A stretch of DNA of 54,284 nt, counting the filler, from Sphacelaria rigidula (taxonomy: Eukaryota), in the NCBI GenBank assembly GCA_964200075.2. It is 4 parts of 4 records of this genome, joined end to end, with 100 filler letters (N's around TTAATTAATTAA, not from the genome) between each part and the next. Parts side by side here need not be neighbours in the genome. Positions count along the whole stretch, not along the records: positions 13,599 to 27,094 come from CAXNAA020002845.1; positions 27,195 to 40,689 come from CAXNAA020002846.1; 2 more parts are not named here. One strand, 5' to 3'. This document shows, in pieces, positions 24,160-35,828 of the stretch (positions are counted from its first letter, which is position 1; each line of letters opens with the position of its first letter). Both the position numbers and the translations under genes were made by a program. The notes beneath the pieces are model-generated. The model did no database searches and was not told where the DNA came from. It saw nothing but the letters and a program-made list of their open reading frames with translations.

Positions 24160-26893
24160 GTACCTCTTTTGTGTACAAGCTTGTCAGTGATCAGGGTATG
24201 TGCTATTTTGTGGCTGTCAGCTGCAACAATGGTGAATGGCTGCCCATGGAAAACCATACATCTGTGGCTCTCAGCAGTCTATGGAGAAATATGTATCTGT
24301 AGCTCTCAGCCACCTACATACCCCCCGCCATCCCCCCTGCCTCCATTGCATAACAATGAGGAAAGGCAACCGTTTGCGTCGGTACAAGACAGTAAAAAAC
24401 AGTAGACAATTGACGCATTTTTCTAGTGAAGCTTGCCGGCCTACCGCTGATGGCGAGGATGGTGGCTAGACAAGATCAGACGATGGGGACAGTTGTGGGA
24501 TCTCGCAGGGGTCTAGAGACGATGACAGTGTCGTCTTGCCGCGCCAACCGGTTGCGGTAACAACCGTGTAAAGACGGCGATCACCGACGTCGCGGTCCCG
24601 CAAGTAATCAGCTCTACAAGGTCCCGCTAACCTCGAACGCCGTGATATGCAAGTATGGCGTAAGCTTTGAAAAAAGACCGAGACGCGATGAGTGCCGGAG
24701 CCCGTGTAGAATGGGAAACGTTTAAAAGGAAGCCGCAGAGGTCCGCGTGCATGACTACCTAGAATTGTCGAATCAAATTGATTGTAAATTGATCGGGAAA
24801 TGTGGTGACAGAAGGGGCGACGCGGTGTATATGCCTTTTGATACCTACGACGACAGAACACGCAGGTCGATAGGCGCCTTGTGGGACCCGTCTGGTCATC
24901 GGTGGTGTCGCTTATACCCTGGACAATACAAATATCCGCTAATATGACACCAATACTTCATATTGGAAACAGCGCAAGTATTGTCCTCTCAATATATATA
25001 TATATATATCCCCTGTTCCATCTTTTCTTCAGAGCGTGTTTGAGTTTCGTTTTGTCTTGGGTACGTCTATCACGAGACCATGGCTGGACCCCTGGGGGGT
25101 CAGTTGCAGTGCGACAATCAATCCATCAAATATAATATATATATATATATATTGTGGTCAGATGTACTCGGAGACATTGAGGCAACAATGCATCTTTCTA
25201 GTGTCATGATGGTGAAGTAATGCATGACAATATATATTGGACATGCGTTTGCTTCGGGAACAAAACGCTCAAAATATGTTGTTCATGCCGGCCGTGTATG
25301 TATCGAAGTGTCAATATATATTGCGTCGAAGCGATGCGTAACATACTGTTGCCATAACAAGTATTTGAACTCAAACCATTCAATATTATTGTTTTCCAAT
25401 ATAGATATAGATATATATATTGCGCACGCTCATCCACCTGCGATGTAGACGTCCATCTCTAATGTTGGTGTCCACCTTGGATATTCCTCTGGGGAATACA
25501 TTTCAGCGGCTTTACATCCGTCTGTAACCGTGCATCCATCTGAGATCCCCATTTGGGACGTCCATCTGGGACCCTCATTTCGAAATAACATGGCGTTTGT
25601 GAGAGCACGCATACCCACGCGTGTGCCCTACTATCGCATCTCGCGCTGTGCTGCACTAGCTCGAGTACCACTAGGGCGAGCTAGCCCAGACCAACGCACG
25701 CTGGCGCGGGTATGCGGTCATAAGCGCAAAAACATCCACGGGTTCGGGTTAGGATTGGGGTTATGCAGATTGACATAGATATTCCAGATATCAGTGAGCA
25801 CCAGGCGTACCGATAAGGTGACATCAAGGCACCTAGGTCCCTACGGTCAACATTTAGTCATTGATGCTGGGGAGATTGGGGAGTTGCGGGGTAGCATAAC
25901 GTCCAACATTTAGTGATTTATGCAGGGGAGAGTGGAGAGTTGCCAGGTAGCATATACATCGAATAATGTCCCCCGCCTAGATACGTAGTCTGTTCTCCAA
26001 CACTTGGTATCCGCTACTTCGGTGGTTGCATGGTAAAAAATATCGCACACTTCCAGAACTATCCCACACTTCCAGAAAATGTTGCTCACATTGCAATGGG
26101 AAAATATGTTACTTGGTTTCGATACAAGCTGAGATCTAGCTTGCATGGTATGAATATCGCTAAGCACAGTTCTTATCGCAATGCACAAAAGTAACCATGC
26201 ACGTCGCCCCTGTGTGACGTCGGTGACTACTCAATCTCAGTGATATGGCATCGCGACCTACTTGGTGCTAGTTCTTCATGCAGTGCTCAGATCTCAGTGC
26301 GGTTTTCAAAACTCAGGTGATTTCAGTGTGGATTGAGTTCAATAACAAATAGATCTTCTTGTGGTGTATCCTGTATTTTCAATACTCCAAACTTGAATTT
26401 TCACTCCTGGAACGTGCGAGCGGAGCGTGCAGAGGTGTCCAAAATTCCAGGAATGTAGGTACCCCTGATGGTACAGAAAATATCGCAGATAAACCTCAGA
26501 TAACGATTGACGTACGTCTCTGACCCAGAAAGTATCTCTCACATGGGCACTCATCCCTTAGGTTGATGTCCATCTGGGGTATGTCAAGATCTCAGCTGGA
26601 TGGGCGATATCAAATAGATGTGCATATCAGTATGTCGAATGCAGATGGCATATTCGTAGTAATGTAGGGCTGTGAATAAGCCCGATTGCAAGTATCGGCG
26701 TGGTTCCCTGGCACGCGCATTCAGGGGGAACGCCGCGATGAAGAGCAGTTTTACCATATGTTAATCGTCTGGATCTTCAAACACATATTGCGATCTAGTG
26801 GTACGTATGCAAGCATCGATGATGACACCCACCACGGCGTTAGCTATGTTGAAAAAAAGACGCTCCGGTTGGTGAAGTTGAAATTCAGTCATC

Positions 26894-27094
26894 TAGGGGA
26901 ACACTCATGATCTTCCACACCGTAGTCATACGACCATTGACCTCGCATCCCTGCAAAGCCGAGACGGAGCACGCCGGGTTTTCGACAGACCAAGCTTGGT
27001 GGTTGAGGGGCGTACTCATTTGTTGCTTCCTTAGTTGTTTGACCATTGACCACGCATTCCTTTCGAGACGGAGCACCGTTCCTACTCCTAATAG
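26894..27094 (-). mobile_element. Two tandem LINE 3' ends (two related subfamilies)
   Basis: Minus strand reads GGAACGGTGCTCCGTCTCGAAAGGAATGCGTGGTCAATGGTC...ATGAGTACGCCC, then GTGCTCCGTCTCGGCTTTGCAGGGATGCGAGGTCAATGGTC...ATGAGTGTTCCCC. Confidence 0.8.
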
Positions 27095-27194
27095 NNNNNN
27101 NNNNNNNNNNNNNNNNNNNNNNNNNNNNNNNNNNNNNNTTAATTAATTAANNNNNNNNNNNNNNNNNNNNNNNNNNNNNNNNNNNNNNNNNNNN
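27095..27194. other. Artificial scaffold linker
   Basis: N44-TTAATTAATTAA-N44. Confidence 0.97.
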
Positions 27195-28266
27195 TGTTAC
27201 AACCCGTACCACGTATTAAGTATTTTTTTCCCCGGGAAATTGTTTACGAAAAAATTCTCGTTTTTTTGGGGGGGGGGGGGGGGGGAATCCTCCCCAAAAA
27301 ATGTGAAAGCAGATTCCCCAACCTGGCCAGGCAAGAGATTTATTCGAGACTGACTACAGATTACTCCGAGAATCTTGCGTCGGATTTTTCTTCAGCGGTT
27401 TTTTCGGAGAAGTCGGGAAAGATTCCATTTCTTTGGAAAAAGTCTGAAAAGTCTGGGGGAAAAGTTCCAGGAATAATATTCCTAAAACGGGTACTTAGTT
27501 TATTTTCCATTTTCCGGGTGCGTCCATTTTGTGACCTGCTGGATTCGCATCGTACAGTAGTAGCGGAGCAGTCGATGTCCAAGAGTGATTCGAATTAATC
27601 GAACCAGTCGATCTGTAGCGCTGCTGCAAGCAACTGTACGGTACTGCACGATACGGTTCTGTGCGACATGCTCCTGAGTCCCACTTTAACCCCTAAATTT
27701 TTATCAGCTAAATTTGTGTGCGCTGCTGCAATGTGCCGTACTGTGCCATACTGTACAGGTAGCAGCACAGCTTGCATACAACAAGTTCGGTATCTGCTTG
27801 CCGTTGCAAACTTCTCGCGCCTCACAGCTAGCATACCACATAAGGTCAAACGCCTGGCTGGTGTTATATTGCACGCCAACGGTCGATCCCTCACATATTT
27901 TAAGCTCGGTGTTCGCCTGTGTGATCATGTGATCATGTCAACATGTCATCATGCCAATGGCCCCTGGATCTCGTATAGTCCTTCCCTTTAGCGGCCCGTG
28001 GAAAAAAGTATTGTGTACAGCAGTCTTCATACGAACAGAGGGTCGTTTCAATACCGAATTTGCTCAAGTCCCACGTGTCTGCATCGTGCGTGTTGAGCAT
28101 ATCATTCAGTGCTTCGTGTGTCCGTGCTAGTGGTCGGTTATATCGGCAAAAAAAAGGCGATATATGATACGCTATGCTCATGATATGGCATGAAGTCACA
28201 AATAAAGCACTATGGCGAGTTGGGTAGCACGCGCTTGGGCTCGAAGGAGCGTACCATGGTGAAAAC

Positions 28267-28790
28267 TAGGTCTTTGCTCCGTAGGCTGTAAACCAAAACA
28301 CCCATTTTTATTATTTGGAACCCCAAAATACTTTTTTTAATTTTTTCTTCTTCTTTAGAGCCCACTTTCTTCCAAAGGCAGGTTTTGTATTTCGGGGGAG
28401 CTTTTTTTCCGGGAGCTCATTTCTGCGGGGCCAGCTGAAGGCGCGCTGGGCTACTTACCTGCCTGTCAGACAACACGACACACGATACCACCAATCAAGA
28501 TTTGAAGCAGTCGGCCGGTTGTCGGCTGGTGGTTTGGTGAAAATACGTTTAGGGTCGAGAAAAACTTGCAGGAGCCGGAAAAAAAAATTAGAGGTCAAAA
28601 AAAGATGAGTGAAGCCCAGAAAAAAAAGGAGAAGCCAAAAGCAAAATCGAGGTCTAGAGGTCATAAACGCGAAAAAAACAGGAGCGTCGAAAATAAATAA
28701 GCTCAAAGTCTGATTTTGATGATGTTAATGGTTTTAATTTTAGAGGCCTAGAAACCAGAAAAAAACGGAGCCTATGGGGGCGAAGACCTG
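28267..28790. mobile_element. hAT-like MITE with 8-bp TSD
   Basis: TAGGTCTTTGCTCCGTAGGCT ... AGCCTATGGGGGCGAAGACCTG; flanks GTGAAAAC / GAGAAAAC (7 of 8 match); T-rich left half and A-rich right half. Confidence 0.7.
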
Positions 28791-30093
28791 GAGAAAACAG
28801 TGGTTTCTCCCCAGTGGCAACTCACTACTTGCCAAAAATGGTTGTACAGCTGTGTTTTGCTCGTATGCACGCTTTTCCATAGTTCATACATGATAGAGCG
28901 TCAGTTACGGGGTAGGGGCATTGTTCGACATCCGTCAGGTCGACAATTTCAGTTGTCGGCGACCCCCGATCTTCATCAGTGGACCTGCTCGCGTGGTCCG
29001 CATTTTGTGCTGCTCAACCCGCCGACCCAGGTAGGAGACACTGGCGACGACTGCTGAAAGGGCCACTGGTGTCACGTGCGCGTGTACTATACGGGTACGA
29101 CCATATGGATAATGGTGGACGACAATCGACAGTGCGGGAAGAATTATGGAACAAGGAGGTGGAACGTGACGTGTGACGTGCTCACGTACTTACGCACGAT
29201 TTTACTCGCCTGCTCAGACTTGCGGTTGGTACTCTGCTCTGCCTCCATCAGATCACATATAAATATGATAGCGACCACTAGTCCGTACAACCGTCTCTGT
29301 CCCGAGATGATAGGTGTAACGCTCCGCCAGTCGACCTACCCTGCACAAATGGAGGTGCTCCGCCAAACGGCAAGCCAGAATCTCGCGTCAACAGCATGTC
29401 GAACGTGAGAAGAAGAAACCAACGCTACGTGTACGGCAAAACGGTCAGCATCGCTCCATGAATACAGTCCAATCTTGTGTATACTGTGATACAAGTATGT
29501 CTGATCAAACATTTGCACAAAACTACAGAGCGTGTCATATTCTTGTACTGCACTATGTTCGTGTCTCAATGTAGTAGCTACCCTTTATCCAAGTTCCTAT
29601 ACGAGTAGCTCCTCCTCAAGCGAACAAAACAATCCTGTACTGTAAAATTGTTGCGGATTCATTGGTCATTTTCCAGTCGGACTACGCTCCATGTGTCGTA
29701 GTTTTGTTATACTTGATATTCAATGGTTCATACTCCGTTTTTATAGCGTTCATATTTTATTCTCGTGACCCTCATGCTCACGCAAAGTTTTGGAAACTGG
29801 TCTCAACACGAATAGCAGCAAATAGCCTGTTCGCCGATAATACAAGAAGCATCTATGCCGTCTTCAGAGCCGCTTTTCGGAGGCGTCTCTGGTCTTCGTC
29901 TAAAGTGAGGCTGACTTGCATGCAACTGATGCTGTTTTGAGCGCGTGTGTCATGATCTGCAGCCTCTTCGCTGCTGAGTACGTTGTGCGTACCGCGAACT
30001 CGGTTCGAATCGTTGGTACTCGGATGTGCATGAGCACAATAGTGCTCGGGTGCCCGTGGACTGGCCTCCTTCACCTCTAGACCTTTACCACCG

Positions 30094-30160
30094 ATTCGTG
30101 ACACGGTGCCCAACCCGCCATAAAACATTCGTGACGCGGTGCCCAACCCGTCATACAACA
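30094..30160 (+). repeat. 33-bp tandem duplication
   Basis: ATTCGTGACACGGTGCCCAACCCGCCATAAAAC followed by ATTCGTGACGCGGTGCCCAACCCGTCATACAAC. Confidence 0.85.
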
Positions 30161-31880
30161 TGTACTTCATCGTGCTCATTACCCTGCTTCAACCAATAAC
30201 AACAACAAAAGGTGGGCGAGCTTTAGCGTAACATTTTCGTACTGAATAGAATAAACAGAAAGCCCGTAAGCTGCCGCTCGTCAAAACGCACCTCTGCACC
30301 GCCTGTATTGCGTGCTACGGTGTGTTGTTTTTTTGGGGTCTCTGCAATTCCTTTGATATGCCTTTGCACAGCCTCTACAAAATGCCGGGGTATACTGTGT
30401 TCGACTTTATACAGCCCTTGTTCACACTGGTCTATCACAAACTACAGTGTGATACGGTACGTTGAGCGTAAAAGTTGAGCATGGGCTAGGTAGCTCATTT
30501 TTGCCCCGTTGGTGCCCTGTGCTCCTTCGCCTTCTCGCCCGCTGCATAATGTTACACTCATACCCAAACAGGGCACTACCAACGGCTGCATTCACGGGTG
30601 ACAAATGACCATTTGCCGTCGTCACAACGGCGCTTCATGCATTCTGGTGTAGATATTTAGCCCTTCGGCCTTTGAAGCACAGATGACCTAGCCGATATTC
30701 GATTCGATTTCGATGGCTGTATATGGTCGTGTGCTGGAACCCCCGTACACCGAGCGTGCTACAATTTTTCATGTCGGCGGGTTCGTCATTTTACTTGGGC
30801 TGTACGATGGAGACAGCAACACTTAGGGCCTTATCGGGGCTGCTGCCGCCTATTTCTGTCGTGCTATCGTTGAATGCTACTGCCATTGCTGTGCTGCTGC
30901 TGCCGCTGCCGCTGTTTCTGTTGGGATTTCCGCTGCGGCCGTTTCTTGTATGTTACCATTTTTTCGCGGTAATCCCGCCGAAAACAAATGCCATACTTGT
31001 ACAGCCCCAGCATTTTGTCACTGATACTTTGATGAAGTCATTTTCATGCTAACGTGTGTGAGATTTTGTGAATCACCAACAGTCTTTGACGCGAATTTAC
31101 GGAAAAAGTGTAATACTTACGGAAAAAACAAAAACAAATGCAACACCTTTGCCGACCATTGAACACACTTACTTATCCACACTCTCCTCCCAATGTTCCC
31201 CATTCAGCCTTGCCCTTCTCCCGATCCCTCTTTTTCCGATCCCTGTCGCTTTTGCTTCCAACCGCTCTTGTTGTCATATGTTATATTGGGGCAATCAAAC
31301 CACCATGATCATGATGGTGTATTTTTTTTCCGAGGTTGCACTTTCATGGTGACCATGGGGACTTGTGAAATGCGCGTGCGGTATGGTTTACTGCCTATTC
31401 GTGTCCCACTGCCGGTGCTTCATGCTGTGCTAGTTGGTAAGTACAATACGTCCGAATCACTGGAAGATGCCCGGCAGGGATGTGGATCGCCGTGATGGAC
31501 GAGGCGCCGCTCCGCATCTAGGTTCTCCTCGGCACGCCGGAGCCGCTCCGGTTCCCGCGACTCCCGCTCCCGCTCCCGCTCTCGCTTTCGCCGTTTTCGC
31601 TCTATATCCCGGGACTCCCGCCGCTCCCGTCGCTCTGATTCTCGCTCTCGCTCCGCATTCCCTCGCCACACGCTGTCCCGTGTAAAATATCGCTCTGGTA
31701 GCCCCCTCCGAGACAGCCGTGACAGTCAGCCGCGCCGGGCTGGGCAAGAGGTTCCCTTGTACACGGTTGTAGCCGAGATCCCTGCGAAGCGCTTCCGCAC
31801 CCGCTCGTTCACCTTCGCCAGTTGATTGGCCTTTGCGCTGTCAACCCCATCAGCTCGGCTTTTGTTTTCTGCATCAGGCC

Positions 31881-32467
31881 CTTGCCCAGCCCGGCGCGGC
31901 TGACTGTCACGGCTGTCTCGGGGGGGGGGGACTAGCAGAGCGGTATCTCACACAGGACGGCGTGCGGCGAGGGAACGCGGAGCGAGAGCGAGAACCAGAG
32001 CGACGGGAGCGGCGATTGTCCCGCAGGTTTTCACTTGGGCCCTATCCTTACCTCTGTTTGCTAGCTTACAGTACACCGGAAACCCTGGTACCCGCCACAA
32101 CACCCCTTTGACTATTCCTACCAACGCTTCACCGTCCAGGTCGTTCTTGGGCACAGGCAGCACCAGAACTAGCTGCTTGTCCTGCGGTTGGGGTCCCATA
32201 GCAACGGTTCCCACCGCCATACTCACAAACCCATCGATGGAGACGGAACGCTCGGCTAGCCTCAAGAGCCGCTCCCTCGTGCCATCGTCTTCCCAGGCGA
32301 CGTCATTGTAACTGGGGAACTTACAGGGCACTGGGGAAGGCGTGGCTAGCGGAGGGGCCTCCTTGAGCGAGTCCAAGGCAGTGAGTATATCGCTGGTGGG
32401 ATGTCGCGGGCTATCGTTAGTCAAAAGCGGAATCCATGGCGCACACGGGGTAGGGCGGAACCCTCGA
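31881..32467 (-). repeat. Inverted chimeric duplication of gypsy segments (33950-34401 joined to 31619-31748)
   Basis: ORF 31948-32424(-) reproduces TNDSPRHPTSDILTALDSLKEAP...VKTCGTIA of ORF 33583-34812. It then continues into the sequence of 31619-31748. Confidence 0.9.
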
Positions 32468-35225
32468 ATTTTTCTGGTGTTTCATTACGATGGAGTAACT
32501 CAACGAACTGTACGAGAACGTCGTCCGAGCCGTTCTGCCTGATGAGTCCCGCAGGGATGAAATGCAGTCCCTGCTTCTCGAGAAAATGAGTGTAGCTGAA
32601 AGCAAGCTCGCCTTCATGAGGGAGGGATAGCATAACCCGATGGGGGGAGCCTTACGGCGCCGAAGTTAAGTAGCCCACGGACTGTACAACGAATTTATCA
32701 GAGTTCTCATCGCTCGTAACTCTCAACACTACAGAAACCGGCGCCGAAAAAAATGAACCGCACGGTAGGACCGGACACTCTTTTTTCGCTGAACGACATT
32801 AGGCAACTGTCACCTGAGCAACTCGCTGCGCCACTCGGCGAAAGTGAAGGTTCGATTCCCGGTGTTGCCGTAACCCATGCGTCCGCCGCCAGGATCTTAC
32901 CGCAGGCCGAATACGTCCAACCGTAGACGTTCGAATACGTTAAGCAGCAGCCACCGGCCTTGGCCGCAGCGTTCAACAACACACCAGGAACAACTCCTGG
33001 ACAGCATGGAGATCCGTTTGTGGAACAGAAGCGCCTGTCGGCCAGAGATGTGCAGATTCGAGCCCGGAAAGCGGCCACGAAAGTAGCCCCTTCTGCTTCG
33101 TCCACTACACCTGCGCCATCTTAGAGCTCGTTTCCGGCTGTAAGCACTAGCGAACAGCAGTCAACCTCCCCCACGAGGGACCGCGACGTGGTAATCGACT
33201 ACCTCTGCGGGAACAAGATCTGCTTCGGGCACACTTTCACTGGTATTTGCCGCCAACGTGATGGCACTCGCTGCCCCTTTACGCATGGCATCACCGCGCC
33301 GGCCTACTGCAGCAACGCCCAGGCCCGCCGTAGAGTCGACATCCTCCAAAAGCGACTCGCGGCCCTCACGGAAGCCCAATACTTAGCCGCGCTCGACATG
33401 GGACTAATCAGAGAGGGTAGCGATGCTGAAGGGCAGGGAGAGGCCGAGGATGACGATGCCTCACAGACATCGTCCTCCGACGACAGCCGCGACGAATGAG
33501 GGGACGCCCCCGGTAATATCGACCTGGGCAACCTGCGAGAGACAGAGGTGGCAGCCATCGAGCGCCGACTCGGAGAACATCTGTGGGTGGCGGGAGAGAT
33601 CTGGCACTGGAGCCGGACTCGGAGATCTTGGCTGCTCGAGGTACTGTTGGACACCGGGGCAGGTGGAGGCAATCGCATGTCTGCGTTTTTGTGGCGTTGC
33701 CTCATGAAGCAGAAGTAATACATGCCAAGCTCGACACGAATAACGTCGGCGCCCTTCGCGCAGCCAACCCCTCGCAGACTGATGTACCCACGAAGTGTAT
33801 AGTTGGATCGACCGTGATACCCGTATTGTTCAGAAACAATGATCGACTTCGTAGAGTGGTGGTCAGGTTGGTGGAGGATTTACCTCGCGGGCTCATTTTG
33901 GGGGTCCACTGTTTCAGGGCAAATCGTAGCAGTCTGGATTTCAACGCAAGTCGAGGGTTCCGCCCCACCCCGTGTGCGCCGTGGATTCCGCTTTTGACTA
34001 ACGATAGCCCGCGACATCCCACCAGCGATATACTCACTGCCTTGGACTCGCTCAAGGAGGCCCCTTCGCTAGCCAAGTGTTCCCCAGTGCCCTATAAGTT
34101 CCCCAGTTACAATGACGTCGCCTGGGAAAACGGCGGCACGAGGGAGCGGCTCTTGAGGCTAGCCGAGCGTTCCGTCTCCATCGATGAATTTTTGAGTATG
34201 GCGATGGGAACCGTGGCTATGGGACCCCAACCGCAGGACAAGCAGCTAGTTCTGGTGCTGCCTGTGCCCAAGTACGACCTGGACGGAAAAGCATTGGTAG
34301 TGATAGCCAAAGGAGTGTTGTGGTGGGTACCAGGGTTTCCGGTGTACTGTAAGCTAGCAAACAGAGGTAAGGATAGGGCCCAAGTGAAAACCTGCGGGAC
34401 AATCGCGCGCATGATAGCCCTCAATGTTCGCGATCCTGCTCGCTTTCACTCACTTTTCGACGACACGCCATCGACAGTAGACCAACCTACTCCGCCCACA
34501 TCACCCTCCGTGTGCCCCGAGAGTAACCACCTACCCCCAGAACCCCGCCAGGTCCGAGTATCGGATGCAAACATGAGACAGCTCGGTGGAGCAGAAAACG
34601 ATGAACTTGTACGCCTCTTACGGTATTACGTGGAAGCCGGGTTATTGCCCACGGATCCCAAACGGGTGCTGGCCTGCATTAATGGTGAGCTACAATTGCC
34701 ACTGATTGACGAGGCTAGCATACCCTTTGCTGCGATACAACGCCGCTTCTCGCCGGAAGAACACCGAATGATCAGAATAGAAATCCACAAGCTTCCCTCA
34801 ACTTTTCCCTAGGCAGCGCAATATCCTCGTGTCGAAAAGAAGGATAGTACCTTGCGACTGTGCATCGACTAGCGTGCTCTGAACAAGCTATCAGTGTCCG
34901 ATAGCGGTGGGCTGGGTGACATGCAATCTATATTTGACGGTCTCAAAGGCAAGAGATATTTTACGCAACTAGATTTAGCCTCAGGATTTCATTAAGTGAG
35001 ATTGCTGAGAAGGACCGCCACAAAACGGTGTTCAGAGATGAAGATGGCCTATTCTTCGAGTTCACCAGGGCGGGTTCCGGACTGACAGTACTCCCGGCAG
35101 CATTTACTGGTAGAGTGAAATCGACCATACGCAACCTGGATGGTGTACACAGCTGGCTAGATGACATCCTCATAGCCAGCGCCTCGTGGGACGAGCACTT
35201 GCCTCTACTTTTAGTACTGGGCGCC

Positions 35226-35828
35226 TGAACTGTTTTTCGTCTATAAGGGTTTTTTCTCGCGACTACTTTTCGATAGAACTCAGAAGTGCTAGCATCGGCA
35301 GATTTTGGTAAAATAAACATATCGTCTTCCCCCCTCCAGTGCCCAAGTTAGTGTTGGCTGATTTTATCGGGCGATCCGAATAGATACCCCGTTCATTAGG
35401 AAGGTGTTATTGATCGTGAAACATAGTTTTTCGGCTCTAGTGCAATGAGTAGGTAGGATTTCCAAAACAAACCTGTACATTTTTTCACAAATACGATCGG
35501 GACAGGATCGATCGACCGAGGATACCGAACAGTCAGAATCCCGGCTGAAACGTGTCGGGACCCCCGATGACCGGTCAGCCCGTGAGTCACTCAATATTGA
35601 GTACATATTATTTTTTATTCTCGGAATGTGGAGCGGATACAGGTTTTTCTTCAGATCCCCAATGTGATGAGCGGTGGCAAGCGAAAGAGCCCACAAAAAT
35701 CGCCAATGACGAAGAAATTACAAAATGAACAGCTCAGGGGCCCAGTACTGTACCATGATCTTGCAACGTTTGTCGACTGCAGGATTTTCGGTGAACTTCG
35801 CCAAATGCAGCTTTGCAGCACCGTCTTA
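35226..35828. mobile_element. ~600-bp unrelated AT-richer insertion splitting the gypsy RT
   Basis: RT reading stops after WDEHL..VLG and resumes at EFL..LIDSTGIQP. No clear TIR or TSD seen. Confidence 0.6.

Noticed and set aside
28930..28990. Second hammerhead-like CTGATGA...GAAA on the minus strand
   Set aside because: Stem II is irregular and there is no room for stem III or the NUH site; likely chance.
31420..31671. RE/RS-rich ORF resembling an SR splicing factor
   Set aside because: It is an alternative-frame or antisense reading of a low-complexity CCCGCT-type Pro/Ala-rich stretch that is also duplicated within the gypsy element; no RRM.
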